64,000 nt of DNA from an uncultured Methanosarcinales archaeon. GTDB taxonomy: Archaea; Nanobdellota; Nanobdellia; Woesearchaeales; CAZOXR01. Position numbers and translations under genes: made by a program. The DNA is taken from assembly GCA_964566535.1 (NCBI GenBank), contig CAZMIO010000002.1, positions 136,905-200,904 on the forward strand. Reading direction: 5' to 3'. Under the pieces are notes generated by a model that saw only the letters and a list, made by a program, of their open reading frames with translations, searched no databases and was not told the DNA's origin. Below, piece after piece: positions 1 through 10,319 of the stretch. Numbering within the stretch: the first letter of the stretch is position 1; each line of letters starts with the position of its first letter.

Positions 1-351
1 TTCAGCTTCCTCAAATGGCAGCAACTTAGCATTATATTTTTTGGCAACTACATCCATTCCTGAAATCTCCAACGCCCGTTTAGTTCCCCCATCCATATAC
101 CACCCAGAAGATTCCCCAATAATTATTTCGCATCCTTTCTCCTTCAATATTTTACAAACAGCATCAACAACAGCGTGGTGAGTCGTAATCCCAGTCTCTG
201 GCCCATACTGACTCAAAACATTGGGTTTAATCAAAACTTTCTTTATCCCCTCAAAACTAAATCCAATATCCCCTATTGCTTTCTTAACAGAATTAAATAC
301 CCTTTCCTCGTCGTAGTCCTCACATTTTACAATAGAAACCTTCGTCTTCAT
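1..351 (-). CDS. DUF362 family (Fe-S associated) protein, N-terminal part, truncated by window edge
   Basis: Manual translation from ATG at 351: MKTKVSIVKCEDYDEERVFNSVKKAIGDIG...KKVLIKPNVL...GITTHHAVVDAVCKILKEKGCEIIIGESSG. The VLIKPN, TTH and IGES motifs are typical of DUF362. Not in the ORF track. Confidence 0.85.
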   Translation of the reverse strand, partial: MKTKVSIVKCEDYDEERVFNSVKKAIGDIGFSFEGIKKVLIKPNVLSQYGPETGITTHHAVVDAVCKILKEKGCEIIIGESSGWYMDGGTKRALEISGMDVVAKKYNAKLLPFEEAE

Positions 352-442
352 AGAGAAAAAGAAAAACTAAGCTTATAAAAAATTTATTATCTTATTATTC
401 GTCAGTATACTATTTACTATACTGGTTTACATAATAGAAACA

Positions 443-450
443 TTTATATA
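443..450 (+). promoter_or_regulatory. TATA box (TTTATATA) preceded by purine-rich BRE-like bases; leaderless start at 474
   Basis: agaaacaTTTATATA lies about 23 nt before ATG 474, matching archaeal promoter spacing. Confidence 0.6.
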
Positions 451-473
451 CTAGTTATCATATTAAGTATAAT

Positions 474-887
474 ATGGTCATATTGTATGACAGATTTAAC
501 CTCCCGGAAGATATCTATGAGGTTATCTTCGCGACAAAACAGCAGGTTACAGTAGCTAAACTGCTAATCGAAATGATCAAAGAAAACGACGGCGAGATAG
601 GTAAGACTGAAATGTCTCTTTTCGCAACAAAACTTCATGAAGGAAAGTTCATCACAGACCAACTTGACGATCCAGCCTACAAAGGCAAAAAAGTAAAGAT
701 ATCATACAACAAAAGGCAATTTTACGATCGGATATTAACTCCGATGAAAAGTATGGGCATGATTGATTATGACCTATACAAGAAGACATACAAATTAAGT
801 GATAAATTTAACAAAGATATGAAACAAATCGGAATGATGTGGGAATTAGAAATGAGAAGAGAACTTCACACAATAAAAAAGAAGTGA
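474..887 (+). CDS. Hypothetical protein, possible winged-helix DNA-binding fold
   Basis: 137-aa ORF with TATA box. The C-terminal FYDRILTPMKSMGMIDYDLYKKTYKLS resembles a recognition helix plus wing. Confidence 0.7.
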   Translation: MVILYDRFNLPEDIYEVIFATKQQVTVAKLLIEMIKENDGEIGKTEMSLFATKLHEGKFITDQLDDPAYKGKKVKISYNKRQFYDRILTPMKSMGMIDYDLYKKTYKLSDKFNKDMKQIGMMWELEMRRELHTIKKK

Positions 888-895
888 TATTTACC

Positions 896-1051
896 GGCTC
901 CCTATTGGAATCTTCTTCTCAACCACCCCCACTTCAACCAAAAGGGAGCCACCTCCTAATTATTCCTCGCAAGGGAAAAAGAGGTGAGGAAAAATTATAT
1001 CATCGAGGCCGGTTAAGGGAAGCAAAAAGCGCTAACCTGCCTCATTCCCCA
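896..1051. ncRNA. Candidate structured RNA (three consecutive hairpins), unassigned
   Basis: GC-rich island in an AT-rich intergenic region: GGCTCCCT(896-903)/AGGGAGCC(943-950), ACCTC(951-955)/GAGGT(981-985), and GAGGC-c-GGTTA(from 1005)/TAACC-t-GCCTC(to 1043). Confidence 0.35.
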
Positions 1052-1210
1052 TTCAAAAAATGAAAAAGAAAGAAAAACTAAAGATTTTATTTTACGGATT
1101 CTTATTAGGTCTCCTTCTAGCAATCCCTTCAAGAAATTACACTAACATATTATCCTCCACATTAGATCCAATAAAAAGTATTATATAACTAAACTTCTAC
1201 CAAACAATTT

Positions 1211-1738
1211 ATGCAAATTACTGAAAAACAAGCAATAGCTATTCTAAAAAAACATTCTCCAACTGAAAGAGTATTCAAAATAATCCTAGCCCATTCTAAA
1301 GCAGTGCAAAAAAAAGCACTAAGTATTGCAAAGAAAGTACCTAAAATAGACCTCCATCTAATAAAAATTGGATCATTACTGCATGATACAGGCAGAACAA
1401 AGTTTACCCTTGGAGAATTCTCAATAAAACATGGAATCGAAGGCGCCAAAATTCTCAGAAAAGAAAAACTTCCAAAATGCGCAAGAATCGCTGAAAGACA
1501 TATTGGTGTTGGAATCAGAAAACAAGACATAAAAAAACAAGCCCTCCCATTACCATTAAAAGATTATATTCCAAAAACAAGAGAAGAAAAAATAATTGCT
1601 CACGCAGACAATCTCATATTCGGAACAAAACCTGGCACATTAAATAAAGTGATAACAAGGTTCAGAAAAGAACTAGGAGAAAGCTACGTAAAAAGAATAA
1701 AAAAATTAGCAAACGAAATTAAAAGCTGGGAAAAATAA
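1211..1738 (+). CDS. HD-domain (HDIG) phosphohydrolase
   Basis: AHS...LLHDTGR...HGIEG...ERHIG...AHAD metal-binding pattern of the HD superfamily. Confidence 0.9.
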   Translation: MQITEKQAIAILKKHSPTERVFKIILAHSKAVQKKALSIAKKVPKIDLHLIKIGSLLHDTGRTKFTLGEFSIKHGIEGAKILRKEKLPKCARIAERHIGVGIRKQDIKKQALPLPLKDYIPKTREEKIIAHADNLIFGTKPGTLNKVITRFRKELGESYVKRIKKLANEIKSWEK

Positions 1739-1740
1739 CC

Positions 1741-1875
1741 CTACCTAATCCGTTTAACCTTCTTTTCCTTAACATATTTTTCATGAACAGGAATATCTGA
1801 GTCTTCATCTACCTCAAAGCCCTCTTCAGCTTCCTTCTTAAGTTTCTTTCTAATCTTACCAAGTTTATCATCCAT
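1741..1875 (-). CDS. Small charged hypothetical protein (44 aa), co-transcribed with polX
   Basis: MDDKLGKIRKKLKKEAEEGFEVDEDSDIPVHEKYVKEKKVKRIR*. A strong SD (GAGGTGA) overlaps the polX stop, and the ORF fills the intergenic gap exactly. Confidence 0.7.
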   Translation of the reverse strand: MDDKLGKIRKKLKKEAEEGFEVDEDSDIPVHEKYVKEKKVKRIR

Positions 1876-1879
1876 AATA

Positions 1880-3586
1880 TCACCTCTCAACCATCTTCAG
1901 AACCTTATCGAGTTTAAAACTATTCAAAATATCTTTTTTCTCGCACCATCCTCGACGAGCAATTGCAATTCCATACTTCATAAATTGTAAATGATTCACA
2001 CTATGCGAATCAGTTCCAATAGAAAACTTAACTCCAACCTCCTTAGCCCGAAGAACATTGACATCATTAAGATCAGATCTGTCAGGAAAAGCATTAATCT
2101 CCAAAAAAACTTCCCTCTCCCTAGCCTTCTCAAAAACCTTCTCAAGATCTACATGATACGCCTCCCTCCTATTCACCAACCGACCAGTAGGATGTGCAAA
2201 AATGTTGATGTACTTATTATCAAGTCCTTTCAAAATCCTCTTAGTCATCACTTCATTAGAAGACTTAAACCCTGAATGTATTGAACCAATAACAATATCT
2301 AACTTTTTCAATATCTCTTCAGGAAAATCAAGTGTACCATCTGATTTAATGTCAACCTCAGAACCTTTCAATATCCGAATCCCCTTAAACTTCTTATTCA
2401 GCCTATCAATCTCACTAATCTGTTTCAACAACTTTTTCTCCTCTAGCCCATTAGCTATCCTTTGTGATTGTGAATGGTCAGTTATACAAATATAATCATA
2501 ACCTAACTTAATCCCTCCTTTAACCATCTCCTCGATTTTATTTACTCCATCGCTATAATTTGAGTGAACATGCACATCTCCTTTAATATCATTATACTCA
2601 ATCAACTCAGGAAGTTTTCCCTTCAAACCTGCACCTATCTCTCCCCTATTCTCCCTCATTTCTGGTTCAACATAAGACAATCCCAACTTCCCATAAACGT
2701 CCTCCTCAGTTTTACTAGCTACAACCCTCTTCCCCTTAAACACCCCATACTCACTTAGTTTCAACCCCTTACTAATAGCAATATTCCGGAGAGCAATGCC
2801 ATGATCCTTAGAACCGGTAAAATATTGCATTGCCGACCCAAACACATCCCTACCAACAACCCTAACATCAACCTGAACCCCTCCCTTAAGAACAACACTA
2901 GCCTTTGTTTTACCTTTAGCCAACACCTCCATAACATCTGGGAACTTAACAAAATGCCCCATGACATTCTCAGCCTTAGACGAAACAACTAAAATATCAA
3001 TATCCCTTACCGTCTCCCTCATACGCCTCAAAGAACCAGCAATCTCAACCCCCTGAACCCCATTTAACTTCTTCAAATATCCAACGATCTCTTCAGCAGT
3101 AGGATAAACATGACCAAGCAGCATCCGTCCCTTACCTTTCTTCAATAGCTCAATTCCACGAAGTATATCCTCTTCTGACTTATTACCCATTCCCCCCAAT
3201 CCAGAGATTTTATGTCCTTTTGCAGCATTCTCCAATTGTTTGATTGTAGAAATCCCTAATTTCTCATAAAGCAACTTAGCCTTCTTAGGACCCATCCCTG
3301 GCACTTTCATAAACTCTTCAATATAATTTGGAACTTTCTTTTTCAACTTATCAAAATACTTCAATTTCCCAGTTTTCAGAATCTCCTCAATCTTCTCACC
3401 TATATGTTCACCAACACCAGGAATTTTCCTTAACTCACCTTTCTTAAAAATCTCCATAAGGTCAGAAGACAAACTCTCAATACTCTTAGCCGCATTCCGG
3501 TAAGCCCTCGGTTTAAAATCAATTCCCTGAATCTCCAAAATATCTGCAATCTCATAGAAAATATTAGCTATCTCTTGGTTCCCCAT
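1880..3586 (-). CDS. polX: DNA polymerase X family with C-terminal PHP domain
   Basis: N-terminal 8-kDa/HhH motifs (IPGVGE, VPGMGPK), GSLRR..DIDIL and VDVR catalytic aspartates, YFTGS, and PHP motifs HVHS, TDHS, AHPTGR, TDSH. Confidence 0.95.
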   Translation of the reverse strand: MGNQEIANIFYEIADILEIQGIDFKPRAYRNAAKSIESLSSDLMEIFKKGELRKIPGVGEHIGEKIEEILKTGKLKYFDKLKKKVPNYIEEFMKVPGMGPKKAKLLYEKLGISTIKQLENAAKGHKISGLGGMGNKSEEDILRGIELLKKGKGRMLLGHVYPTAEEIVGYLKKLNGVQGVEIAGSLRRMRETVRDIDILVVSSKAENVMGHFVKFPDVMEVLAKGKTKASVVLKGGVQVDVRVVGRDVFGSAMQYFTGSKDHGIALRNIAISKGLKLSEYGVFKGKRVVASKTEEDVYGKLGLSYVEPEMRENRGEIGAGLKGKLPELIEYNDIKGDVHVHSNYSDGVNKIEEMVKGGIKLGYDYICITDHSQSQRIANGLEEKKLLKQISEIDRLNKKFKGIRILKGSEVDIKSDGTLDFPEEILKKLDIVIGSIHSGFKSSNEVMTKRILKGLDNKYINIFAHPTGRLVNRREAYHVDLEKVFEKAREREVFLEINAFPDRSDLNDVNVLRAKEVGVKFSIGTDSHSVNHLQFMKYGIAIARRGWCEKKDILNSFKLDKVLKMVER

Positions 3587-3687
3587 ATCAAGAAATATAG
3601 GAACACTGACTTAAATATCTTTTGTATCCAAAACAATAAATTCAAAAAATAAATTATTTAAACTAGCAAAACATTAAACAAAAGATA

Positions 3688-4557
3688 ATGCCAATTAGAA
3701 AACCAATCGTAGCAGGCCAATTCTATGAATCCTCACCAACCGAATTAGACAAACAACTAAACAATTGCTTCACGTCAAAATTCGGACCAGGAGATTTACC
3801 ATTAAAAAAAAGAACAAAAGAAACCATAGGCGTAATAGCCCCTCACGCAGGCTATGAGTTCTCAGGACCTTGTGCAGCCTGGGCATACAAAGAAATAGCA
3901 GAATCTAAGTTCCCAGACACATTCATTCTTTTAGGTCTAAGTCATTCTGGCTACCCATCATGCGTATCCCTAAACGATTGGGAAACTCCCTTCGGAATTG
4001 TAGAAAATGACAAAGAATTCGGAAATGCATTAATAAACAGCTCCAATATCCCTCAAAACGAAGAAGCCCACAAGTCAGAACACTCAATTGAAGTCCAACT
4101 ACCATTTCTACAGTTCATAAGTAAAGACAACCCCAATAAACTCAAAATAAGCCCAATTATTGTCTCCCCAGATATAAACCCAGGGGACATCGCTAAAAGT
4201 ATCCACAATACCATAAAAACCCTCAATAAACAGGTAATAGTAATAGCATCATCAGACTTTACCCATTTTGGAGAACATTATAACTACAATCCATTCAAAG
4301 AAAACATAAAAGAAAACTTATACAAATTAGACAAAACAGCCATTGACCAAATCATAAACCTCAACAGCTACCGCTTCCTAGACCACATACAGCAAACAGG
4401 AGCCACAATCTGTGGAAAATACCCTATCGCCGCAATTATAGAATTATCCAACCTATTAAACGCAAAAAAAGCAAGATTACTCCATTACTACACATCTGGA
4501 GACATAATAAACAATTATTCTTCTGCAGTTGGCTATGGGGCTATTTCTATAGAATAA
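3688..4557 (+). CDS. MEMO1 family protein (AmmeMemoRadiSam system protein B)
   Basis: RKPIVAGQFY, PHAGYEFSG, EHSIEVQLPFLQ, ASSDFTH, TICG, SAVGY motifs. Confidence 0.93.
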   Translation: MPIRKPIVAGQFYESSPTELDKQLNNCFTSKFGPGDLPLKKRTKETIGVIAPHAGYEFSGPCAAWAYKEIAESKFPDTFILLGLSHSGYPSCVSLNDWETPFGIVENDKEFGNALINSSNIPQNEEAHKSEHSIEVQLPFLQFISKDNPNKLKISPIIVSPDINPGDIAKSIHNTIKTLNKQVIVIASSDFTHFGEHYNYNPFKENIKENLYKLDKTAIDQIINLNSYRFLDHIQQTGATICGKYPIAAIIELSNLLNAKKARLLHYYTSGDIINNYSSAVGYGAISIE

Positions 4558-4604
4558 TCTAACAAACTTAAATTAAATAAAAAATTAGAAAAAAATAAAA
4601 AAAT

Positions 4605-7600
4605 TTAATGTTTTTTCTTGGTTTGTGCCGAGTAAATAATCACCGCAATGATTATTATCGCTACAATCGCTATTATTACCCAGATTGCTGTACTTATTGG
4701 TTTTACTGGCTCAGTAACTCCTTCACCTGACTCTCCAGGAGGTATATCTGTCGGTTCATCAGTAGTAGGCGTATCAGCAGGCGCTTCAGTCTTTGCCCCT
4801 TTCTTACTTCCAATTGCAAAGTAACTAAATCCTGGAGTGTTCGCAATATAAGTTGCCGTTAAGTCTCCACTCTCCAATTTATCGGTAGTCAACACATTCC
4901 ACTTACCATCAACATACCTTAGCAATACAACATCGTCTTCTGCAACACCACTCTCTGCCAACCATACTTTAGTCACTTCAAACTTGATTGTCGCTGTATC
5001 CACATCACTATCAGCCAAATTTGTCTTAGTTACTTGCAAGTATTGATAGACCTTATCAGATGCTTCAGTCAATGATGAAGGCATTTCTTTTAAGCTCGCA
5101 ACTTCAAGCTTCATACTAGTCAAAGCATTTGCTGTTGTAACTTTTACTTCCTTAAATGCAATCTTGTTGTTGGATATCTTCATACTAATGCTTTCTCCAG
5201 CCGCTAATGAACTCCATAAATGACTTGTCTTTGCTGCTACATTGTTTGCTTTTGCAACAGTAACTCCTCCACCTGTACCTGTAGTAGTGGTGTCATCACC
5301 TGATGAATCTTCTTCTCCTGCTGTAGTAAAGTTATACACTCCAGTTGTATTACATATTCCTGCTACATCACATACTTTAACTGAATAGTTTATGTATGAC
5401 GATGGCGCCAGGCTTAAAGTTATTATAGGTTTCTTGGTAGTAAATGGACTACTCTGTGAAGTCACTATGCTACTTGTTGGAGACATCCCTACAGTATACC
5501 TTACGGATGCATTTACATACTCGTTAGATTCAATCCCAATAGTCGCACCAGATGAAGATATACTATCATTAGTGAGGTTTGTATATGTAGGCATTACACT
5601 ATCTGTCACATTAAAGATATAAGCAGTTATGTTCTGGTTTCCTGCATTATCTGTAATGTTCAAAGTTATGTTATACATTCCCAATTTAGAGCTTGAGAAG
5701 TTTGCCAACCCGATAGGTAATAATGATTGACATGTATACAATGAAGTCCCACTCAATAATGATGGTGTTGTCATATCCACCCAACTTGTTCGTACTGAAT
5801 CAGTTCCATCATAGTATGCACTTGTATTAATCATCCACTGACATGAACTTGTATCCTGTGATACAGTAACATTCAGTATAAATGCACTATCTCCCTCATT
5901 CTTTTGTGGATGATTTACAGTAACCGTTGGAGCCATCGTATCATTCACAACAACAACCGCCGAGAAACTCGGTACAAATATTGTTGAACTAATGTTATTT
6001 GTCACATTAAAGCAAGGTGTCGTTTTTGTAGGTGTATATGGTGTTGTTGCTCCACCAGTTGCAGTAGTACATGGATCTATTAATGTCCTAGATGAATAAT
6101 CGGAGACATTTGTAAACCACATTGCCACAAACACTGATCCATTTATAATCCTAGCTTCTGAAAGATTATACCCTACTTCAACTCTTCCAAAGTACGCATT
6201 CGTATTAGGGATAAAGTCACTCATTGTACTACCATTGAACCTCACAAATCTCAGAACAGCTGCACTAAAGTTTCTCCTAATATTAAGTTCATCTATCTCT
6301 GCGTTGCTTGTAACAGTAAAGTTAAGATTCTGCCAACTAGCTTCTGATGCATTGATATCGTCAATAGTAACATTCACTGAACTAGTGGATGAACTATTCA
6401 TCAACAATTTAATGTCAACCAAAAGGGTTTCGCTACTATTAATTAATACATAGCCTCCCTCTATAATTGCACCGTTACTAGCATTAGTTATATTCAATCC
6501 AGCAATGTGAGTATCCCCTAATGAGAGATTTAACTCAGACGCTTTCCCATCAACATCAATTGATCCCACTGTTGTAAATGTATACGTCGTTGCATTTGCC
6601 GTATTACCTACCGAATCATTTGCTTGTAAAGTAAGAGTATGCTTACCACCATAACTTACATTAATAGTGTAATTATAGCTCAATTTCTGATCAATATTGC
6701 CACCAACCAGAAGAGTATATGCTCCACCATCAAGATAATATCCGATTGATGAAAGATATGTTGTCTCAGTAGGAGTTGAAAAATTCAAACTCATATTCTC
6801 AGTAAACTCTACTCCCTCTATAGACGCAGCAGCAACTGACTCAATTGAGTTCAATGTAATATCTGGTGCATGCCTATCTAATCCAATACTATACGTTGTT
6901 GTATTCACACCACCTGCAGTACTTGTAGCCTTAATCATTATGTCCTTAGTACCAGAGGTTGCTGCTAAACACAAGGTATTATTGAATGGTTGGAAATCTG
7001 TATTATTTTGTACTGTAGCCAATGCGCTATTACAGCTTGTATTATACTGCAATGTCCTCAATCCAGAAGATGAACTGCTCACATTAATGGATACCCAAGC
7101 ATAATTGGATATATTAAATGGCTGTAAACCTTCTGCAACACCAGAAACAGTTCCTCCCAATGATGTATTATAACCCAAAGTTATATCATAAGGAACACGC
7201 GTGTCAACTGTAAAAGTATAATTTACAGTCTCAATATTCCCCCATGAATCCTGAGCAGTAACAACCACCCAATGAGATTGTTCATCTCCTAAGTCAGTAC
7301 CACAACTACTATGGAATATCTCTGGAGATGTGAATTGACTCCTATAGTCAGTCCCTTTAATTGTTGTCAAATTAGTCAAAGTAACTGGAACTGCTGCAGT
7401 AGTAAGATTAAGGTAATTACTACAATTCCCAGTTTGAGTCAAAGCTCCATCAATACTAATATTTGCAATAGTCAAATTCTGCTTCTCTGAAATATTCACT
7501 TCAACCCAGAATGAAGTAGAACTCATATTTGTTAAGTTTCCTCCAAATCCAGATGTATTTGAAGTCTGACTAATACCTACTTGTATAAGTGGCTTAGCAC

Positions 7601-10133
7601 TATCATTTACCTGTACTATTAATACACCAGATGTATTAACGTTACCTGCATAATCAACTCCCTGCATTCTAAATGAAACATTATGTCCCGATTGGAAGCT
7701 GTCTGATGCATTAGAAAGTGCATAAGTAATATTGTAAACACTTCCATCACTAATATGTGATGCATTAGTATCATTTTGAACAGTCGTCCAACTATCTGTT
7801 GTATCATTATACATCTGCAATATTATATGCTTAACATCAGATGCAGCATCAGTAAAATTAATAAATGCAGTTATTGAAGATCCCTGTAGGATTCCAATAT
7901 TATGGCCCGTATTATTGTTTGATACAGTATTATTCTCATTCCAATTTTGTATACTTGTGTTTGTAATATTCCATGCATTAAAGGTTGGTGCAACAGTATC
8001 CACTGTGAAATTTAATCGAGCCACAGTAATAGTCCGATTACTGTCAGTCACATTACCACTAATATTCCATGATCCATCAGATAAGTGAATCCCATAATCA
8101 AAAAGATTAAAGTAACATTCTACATGGGACGCATTCACTGGGTTTGTTGAACTAACATCAGACCTATCATAACATGCAGTTGTTAAGTTAGCTATTGTAA
8201 AGTTAAAAGGAGAGACTCCAGTAGTTCCTCCTTCAAAATCTATTCTTATCGAACTATTATCAATTCCAGTTCCAGCATCAGCAAATGAAATATTAATATA
8301 TGTCCCATTATTACTAACATTAGTTCCTGAAATTGGGTAATTAAAAGTCACATTCGGTGCCACAACATCTTCTGACCCCAAAGCTCCTGAGAAATGATCC
8401 ATATAGATGTAAGAGTTGCCATCTTCCTCTATGTAACATGCAGAATCTGTTGGGATGTAATCTTCATGGTTCGTATAGTTTATTCCCCATATATCCTTCC
8501 CATTTGTAGATGCACTACAATTGGAAATTTCACTACAACTAGGATTGGAGAACGTTCCACCACAATAATAGTAGTCATTATAATATTTATCATAAATTGC
8601 TCTTCCATATTTATAATTGTTAGCAGAAGGAACAAAGTTAGCTATCTCAAACCATGCCACTGTTAAGTTATATCCATGACCTACTTGGTCCTGAAGCGCG
8701 TTACCTTCATTAACAGTCAGATTGGATAACCTTATATTAGCTAAATAAGTCTCATTTATATCTATCCCATCAATTTCAATTACAACTGGATATCCTAAAT
8801 CATCAGTCATATTTATCCTAAAGGTATAATTATACAAACTAGGACTCACAAATTCGCCTTCAGATAGAGTTGTAAGGGCAGTGCCATTCTCATAAAAGAC
8901 TGTCAAGTTCCCCAATACAGAACCATTAAATGTAGATATCAGTTGGGTTACATTAACTCCCTCTATTGTAAAACCAGCTTGTTGACCAGACCAAATCAGG
9001 CCACCAGGCGCATCAACATTATTACAGTGTACATCCCCCCCAGTGGTATTCGCACAGAACCAAACACCATGAGCACCAGGATTCCTATATATACTATTAA
9101 TCCTTGTAGAAATATTAACTAACCGTGGATTAGTGGTATCATCTATAATACTAATATTATGAGTTGATAAATTATAGATAGTCTCATTAGTATGAGGACC
9201 AACAGCGCTAGCCACATTAGTCAATATATACCACACTGAATCTATATTTGAACCAGTAACATTAACCCCTACTGTAATCGGATAATCAACAAAGTTCAGA
9301 CTATCAGATGAAGAACCTAATACGGAACCATTAATATTTACAGGTAATACAGTTAGTGAATTACTAACAAGGTTAAATGAGTAATTAGTCTCAAATAAGC
9401 TTTCATTAACATTACCAAAAGTATCATTACACCAAACACTCCAATTATAAGTACCATTAGTATAGCCACTTTGTAGAACATCAATTGTCCAAGTTTGCAA
9501 AGAAGCCAAATCATTCGCTGTACTGTTTGTAAAGTTTGCAGTAGTGAAATTTATGTCAATACCATTTGAACTATTCACATACACCTTACATGTATCAATA
9601 TTCGCATCATCAGGAGTCACCTTAATAAACTGAGTAGTTGATCCTTGATCTTCCGGATACTGTGTCCCGGACATAGACGCTAAAACTCCATCAACAGAAA
9701 TGTTAAAAACGGCTGTACTATTTGCAGCCACCGAAGCATCAGCTGAACTATTAACGAAGAGAGTGATATTAATTGTGTAAGTTCCATTAGTGATATTAGA
9801 GATATCCCAACCAATTGTTGTACTATTAAAATTCATTTGTACTCCACCAGCTGTCTGGTTCGTACCGATTAACGCATACTGAGTGCTTAACTTTCCACTG
9901 CTATTATACCAAAAAGTTACATTACTAACATTTAACGGAGTAGCGTATTCACCATCAGTAGGTTCTATAGTGATATTAATCACAAAGGAGTTATTCGCAG
10001 CACTAAGCCTTGTCCCATTCATAAGATTATGGATGACAATGTTAACACCACTTCCAAACACAGACATAACAACCAACAGAATAACAGCAGAAATAATTAT
10101 CTTAAGATTAGACTTAGCCTCTTTTTCCATCAT
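4605..10133 (-). CDS. Large secreted surface glycoprotein with Ig-like repeats, PGF-pre-PGF domain and C-terminal membrane anchor
   Basis: Signal peptide, very many N-x-S/T sequons, D..AP repeat boundaries, T/G-rich linker, TPGFSYFAIG (PGF-pre-PGF), then a TM helix and basic tail. Confidence 0.85.
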   Translation of the reverse strand: MMEKEAKSNLKIIISAVILLVVMSVFGSGVNIVIHNLMNGTRLSAANNSFVINITIEPTDGEYATPLNVSNVTFWYNSSGKLSTQYALIGTNQTAGGVQMNFNSTTIGWDISNITNGTYTINITLFVNSSADASVAANSTAVFNISVDGVLASMSGTQYPEDQGSTTQFIKVTPDDANIDTCKVYVNSSNGIDINFTTANFTNSTANDLASLQTWTIDVLQSGYTNGTYNWSVWCNDTFGNVNESLFETNYSFNLVSNSLTVLPVNINGSVLGSSSDSLNFVDYPITVGVNVTGSNIDSVWYILTNVASAVGPHTNETIYNLSTHNISIIDDTTNPRLVNISTRINSIYRNPGAHGVWFCANTTGGDVHCNNVDAPGGLIWSGQQAGFTIEGVNVTQLISTFNGSVLGNLTVFYENGTALTTLSEGEFVSPSLYNYTFRINMTDDLGYPVVIEIDGIDINETYLANIRLSNLTVNEGNALQDQVGHGYNLTVAWFEIANFVPSANNYKYGRAIYDKYYNDYYYCGGTFSNPSCSEISNCSASTNGKDIWGINYTNHEDYIPTDSACYIEEDGNSYIYMDHFSGALGSEDVVAPNVTFNYPISGTNVSNNGTYINISFADAGTGIDNSSIRIDFEGGTTGVSPFNFTIANLTTACYDRSDVSSTNPVNASHVECYFNLFDYGIHLSDGSWNISGNVTDSNRTITVARLNFTVDTVAPTFNAWNITNTSIQNWNENNTVSNNNTGHNIGILQGSSITAFINFTDAASDVKHIILQMYNDTTDSWTTVQNDTNASHISDGSVYNITYALSNASDSFQSGHNVSFRMQGVDYAGNVNTSGVLIVQVNDSAKPLIQVGISQTSNTSGFGGNLTNMSSTSFWVEVNISEKQNLTIANISIDGALTQTGNCSNYLNLTTAAVPVTLTNLTTIKGTDYRSQFTSPEIFHSSCGTDLGDEQSHWVVVTAQDSWGNIETVNYTFTVDTRVPYDITLGYNTSLGGTVSGVAEGLQPFNISNYAWVSINVSSSSSGLRTLQYNTSCNSALATVQNNTDFQPFNNTLCLAATSGTKDIMIKATSTAGGVNTTTYSIGLDRHAPDITLNSIESVAAASIEGVEFTENMSLNFSTPTETTYLSSIGYYLDGGAYTLLVGGNIDQKLSYNYTINVSYGGKHTLTLQANDSVGNTANATTYTFTTVGSIDVDGKASELNLSLGDTHIAGLNITNASNGAIIEGGYVLINSSETLLVDIKLLMNSSSTSSVNVTIDDINASEASWQNLNFTVTSNAEIDELNIRRNFSAAVLRFVRFNGSTMSDFIPNTNAYFGRVEVGYNLSEARIINGSVFVAMWFTNVSDYSSRTLIDPCTTATGGATTPYTPTKTTPCFNVTNNISSTIFVPSFSAVVVVNDTMAPTVTVNHPQKNEGDSAFILNVTVSQDTSSCQWMINTSAYYDGTDSVRTSWVDMTTPSLLSGTSLYTCQSLLPIGLANFSSSKLGMYNITLNITDNAGNQNITAYIFNVTDSVMPTYTNLTNDSISSSGATIGIESNEYVNASVRYTVGMSPTSSIVTSQSSPFTTKKPIITLSLAPSSYINYSVKVCDVAGICNTTGVYNFTTAGEEDSSGDDTTTTGTGGGVTVAKANNVAAKTSHLWSSLAAGESISMKISNNKIAFKEVKVTTANALTSMKLEVASLKEMPSSLTEASDKVYQYLQVTKTNLADSDVDTATIKFEVTKVWLAESGVAEDDVVLLRYVDGKWNVLTTDKLESGDLTATYIANTPGFSYFAIGSKKGAKTEAPADTPTTDEPTDIPPGESGEGVTEPVKPISTAIWVIIAIVAIIIIAVIIYSAQTKKKH

Positions 10134-10319
10134 GGTACCACCTTTTTTTGAATGATCAACATCTTTTTTTAAAAGATAAAACCTATTTATCCCACCCTAT
10201 ATTACCTACCCTATAGCATAATTAGTTTTATTATTTAAACACACATATTTAAATGTTTCGGTAGACTCAATATAGAAAACACGAACAATTATAAATAAAT
10301 AAACCATCTTGGAAAACAT

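Noticed and set aside
175..378. 67-aa + strand ORF
   Set aside because: Antisense shadow of the DUF362 gene, which has clear family motifs.
985..1050. Possible RNase P RNA, SRP RNA or SECIS element
   Set aside because: GAGGAAAA is not followed by GUCC, no SRP helix-8 motif was found, and the GAA hairpin does not fit the archaeal SECIS pattern. No in-frame UGA selenoprotein was seen.
839..1063. 74-aa + strand ORF
   Set aside because: Overlaps the upstream gene, has atypical composition and coincides with hairpins. More likely non-coding, though not excluded.
3688..4557. Complete AmmeMemoRadiSam system
   Set aside because: Only the MEMO1 component is present. The radical SAM at 17196 is a B12-binding class enzyme, not the associated family.
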